Positions 16,174 to 17,799 of a DNA stretch of 17,799 nucleotides are shown piece after piece. The stretch comes from Fidelibacterota bacterium. GTDB taxonomy: Bacteria; Fidelibacterota; Fidelibacteria; Fidelibacterales; Fidelibacteraceae. Below the pieces are notes generated by a model, which saw only the letters and a program-made list of their open reading frames with translations, was not told where the DNA came from and made no database searches. The DNA lies in contig JAYEOX010000037.1 of the NCBI GenBank assembly GCA_034723415.1, positions 1 through 17,799 on the forward strand. Direction: 5' to 3'. How positions within the stretch are numbered: the stretch's first letter is position 1; the number at the start of each line of letters is the position of its first letter. Position numbers and translations under genes: made by a program.

Positions 16174-16472
16174 AATACTATTTTCATCCTTCAGCAAAAA
16201 TCGAATTGAGAGAAGCAGTATCCTATTATGAGACCTGTGGAACAAATCTCGGAGCGGAATTTGCGAAAGAGATCTATTCAACTATTCAGCTTATTACAAA
16301 ATTTCCCAAAGCATGGACTCAGATGACAAAAAATACAAAAAGATGTATTAGCAAACGATTTCCTTATGGAGTTATCTATCAGATTGAAAACAGGCATATT
16401 CTAATTATTGCAATAATGCAACTGAATAGAAAACCTAATTATTGGAAACATAGGATACTAAAAAATAAATAG
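16170..16472 (+). CDS. Type II toxin, RelE/ParE family
   Basis: 100 aa basic protein, FHPSAKIELREAVSYYE, FPKAW, RFPYGVIY, IIAIMQLNRKPNYW; ATGA overlap with the antitoxin. Confidence 0.88.
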   Translation: MKYYFHPSAKIELREAVSYYETCGTNLGAEFAKEIYSTIQLITKFPKAWTQMTKNTKRCISKRFPYGVIYQIENRHILIIAIMQLNRKPNYWKHRILKNK

Positions 16473-16564
16473 CAAACAACCTACTCAATTAAACAATTAT
16501 TTATTGACAAAAAAAGGAGTATAGAAAAACAGATTCTGCATTTTGACGTATTATTATGTAATAT

Positions 16565-16616
16565 AGATCAAATTATTTAATTTTTAAAAAAAAACATTTG
16601 ACATTTGTAAATAATT
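16565..16616 (+). repeat. Direct repeat copy 2 (52 bp) containing a TTGACA -35 box
   Basis: AGATCAAATTATTTAATTTTTAAAAAAAAACATTTGACATTTGTAAATAATT, 755 bp downstream of copy 1. Confidence 0.92.
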
Positions 16617-16625
16617 CATTATATT
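16598..16625 (+). promoter_or_regulatory. Candidate sigma70-like promoter for the 16634 gene
   Basis: TTGACA 16598-16603, 16 nt, TATATT 16620-16625, with an A/T-tract UP-like region upstream. Confidence 0.55.
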
Positions 16626-16633
16626 AAATCAAG

Positions 16634-17050
16634 ATGAAGCAAAAAAATATTATGAAAAAAATTCTACTATCAATAATTATAACTCTTACACTCGCAACGA
16701 TCACATTTGCCTATGATGGATTAGAATTTTTTAATGGTAGGTCGGAGAATAATGATATAATTCTTGAATGGAAAATTAATTCTCAAGAAGATATTGAATC
16801 ATTTGATATTTTGAAAAAAAGAAGCAACGACACTGACTATAAAAATATAGACAAAATCAGCTCAATAGGACCCGGTTTATATTCGTATAAAGATGAATCT
16901 CCACTTTATAAAGCATCCGGACTTAGTTTTAAATATAAATTAAAAATAATATTTGCTGATCATGTTGAATATTCTGATCCGATAGAAGTTAATATGAATA
17001 TCTCAGGCGTTAATCAAACGTGGGGCAGTATTAAGGCGATGTTTAGATAA
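16634..17050 (+). CDS. Hypothetical secreted protein, single Ig/FN3-like domain with C-terminal TWGSIKAMFR motif
   Basis: Sec signal MKKILLSIIITLTLATITFA (true start may be ATG 16652); beta-rich pattern ILEW...SFDILK...YSYKD...YKLKI...VEYS..IEV. Confidence 0.75.
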   Translation: MKQKNIMKKILLSIIITLTLATITFAYDGLEFFNGRSENNDIILEWKINSQEDIESFDILKKRSNDTDYKNIDKISSIGPGLYSYKDESPLYKASGLSFKYKLKIIFADHVEYSDPIEVNMNISGVNQTWGSIKAMFR

Positions 17051-17079
17051 TTTATAAATTAATAAATATTACAAATTTG

Positions 17080-17105
17080 AAAGACCAATATTTTTGGTCT
17101 TTTTT
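17080..17105 (+). terminator. Rho-independent terminator
   Basis: AAAGACCAA-TATTT-TTGGTCTTT followed by a T run, 30 nt after the 17050 stop. Confidence 0.7.
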
Positions 17106-17218
17106 ATTATCATTAAAAATTATTAATGATAATATCTTAAAAGTAGTTTTTATAAATGTTTGTATATGCTAATTTTAATATTACCTTTAATTTAACATAA
17201 GCTGTAATTATAAAAAAG

Positions 17219-17266
17219 TTTGCGACTTTGCGACTTTGCCTGCCTGCAGCAGGCGGGCGTGAAATC
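17219..17266. repeat. CTTTGCGA octamer tandem interrupted by a GC-rich palindrome
   Basis: TTTGCGA-CTTTGCGA-CTTTG[CCTGCCTGCAGCAGGCGGG]CGTGAAATC; hairpin arms GCCTGCCTG / CAGGCGGGC. Confidence 0.75.
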
Positions 17267-17297
17267 TTTTTTTTTACTACATCACCATTAATTACAT

Positions 17298-17799
17298 TTA
17301 TTCAAAAATTCTTTCAACGATCTTTTTCGAAATATTTGTCTTCTCTGAAATTTCCTCAGGTGAATGTTTTTTGAGATTTTTCACCGATCCAAACTCTTTC
17401 AGTAAAATATTTTTTCGCTTCTCACCTATTCCTGGTGTAATATCCAATATACTTTTTGTAATGTCTTTATCTCTTTTACTGCGATGGTAAGTGATTGCGA
17501 ATCGATGCGCCTCATCACGAATTTTTCTCAAAAGTATTACTGCCGGTGATGCTTTAGGAATATTTTGTGCTTTAGAATAACCCGGAATAAATACTTCCTC
17601 TAATCGTTTAGCTAATCCAATTATTGGCAAATTATGAAGTTCTAATTCATCTAATACTTTTTTTGCTGAATTTAGTTGTCCTTTTCCGCCATCAATTAAG
17701 ATCAGATCAGGCAACATCTTATTTTCATCTAATAACCGTCTATATCTGCGAAAAACTACCTCTTTCATACTCGCATAATCGTCTGACTTGTCAACAGAT
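17298..17799 (-). CDS. uvrC: Excinuclease ABC subunit C, C-terminal part (start lies outside window)
   Basis: Frame stays open to the window edge (SVDKSDDYASMKEVVFRRY); PDLILIDGGKGQL, IGLAKRLEE, IRDEAHRFAITYHR, HhH motif PGIGEKR. Confidence 0.95.
   Translation of the reverse strand, partial: SVDKSDDYASMKEVVFRRYRRLLDENKMLPDLILIDGGKGQLNSAKKVLDELELHNLPIIGLAKRLEEVFIPGYSKAQNIPKASPAVILLRKIRDEAHRFAITYHRSKRDKDITKSILDITPGIGEKRKNILLKEFGSVKNLKKHSPEEISEKTNISKKIVERIFE

Noticed and set aside
16500..16525. TTGACA and SD-like AAGGAG after the toxin gene
   Set aside because: No properly spaced -10 and no start codon follows; at most a decayed leader.
15885..16560. Integron gene cassette (attC) explanation for the TA pair
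   Set aside because: GTTATAA precedes the antitoxin, but no complementary RYYYAAC or attC-like palindrome follows the toxin, and no integrase is present.

Overview
AT-rich (roughly 25-30% GC, estimated by eye) bacterial chromosomal segment, probably from the FCB superphylum or a relative (inferred from the holB insertion, the Bacteroidetes-type AmpG/SpoIID pair and a TWGSIKAMFR-ending protein). Bases 1-14382 hold two minus-strand gene runs. The first is recN-holB-SpoIID/LytB-AmpG-like MFS-ffs (SRP RNA)-dnaX. The second is ugd-wbpA-like dehydrogenase-SLBB polysaccharide export protein-hemW, followed by an ORF missing from the ORF track (627..<1) that looks like a radical-SAM fold with no CxxxCxxC motif. 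Bases 14400-16630 look accessory: a decayed REP-like cluster, a heptamer microsatellite interrupted by a small hairpin element, a lipoprotein-type pcm, and a type II toxin-antitoxin pair bracketed by a 52-bp (50/52 identical) direct repeat carrying a sigma70-like promoter. The window ends with a small secreted Ig-like protein, a terminator, an octamer repeat interrupted by a palindrome, and the 3' end of uvrC. The best leads are the cysteine-less radical-SAM-like gene, the AmpG permease with a ~190-aa external Ig/Calx-beta-like insert paired with a signal-less SpoIID, the repeat-flanked TA cassette, and tiny palindromes inserted into simple repeats. All family calls rest on motif recognition; no searches were run.
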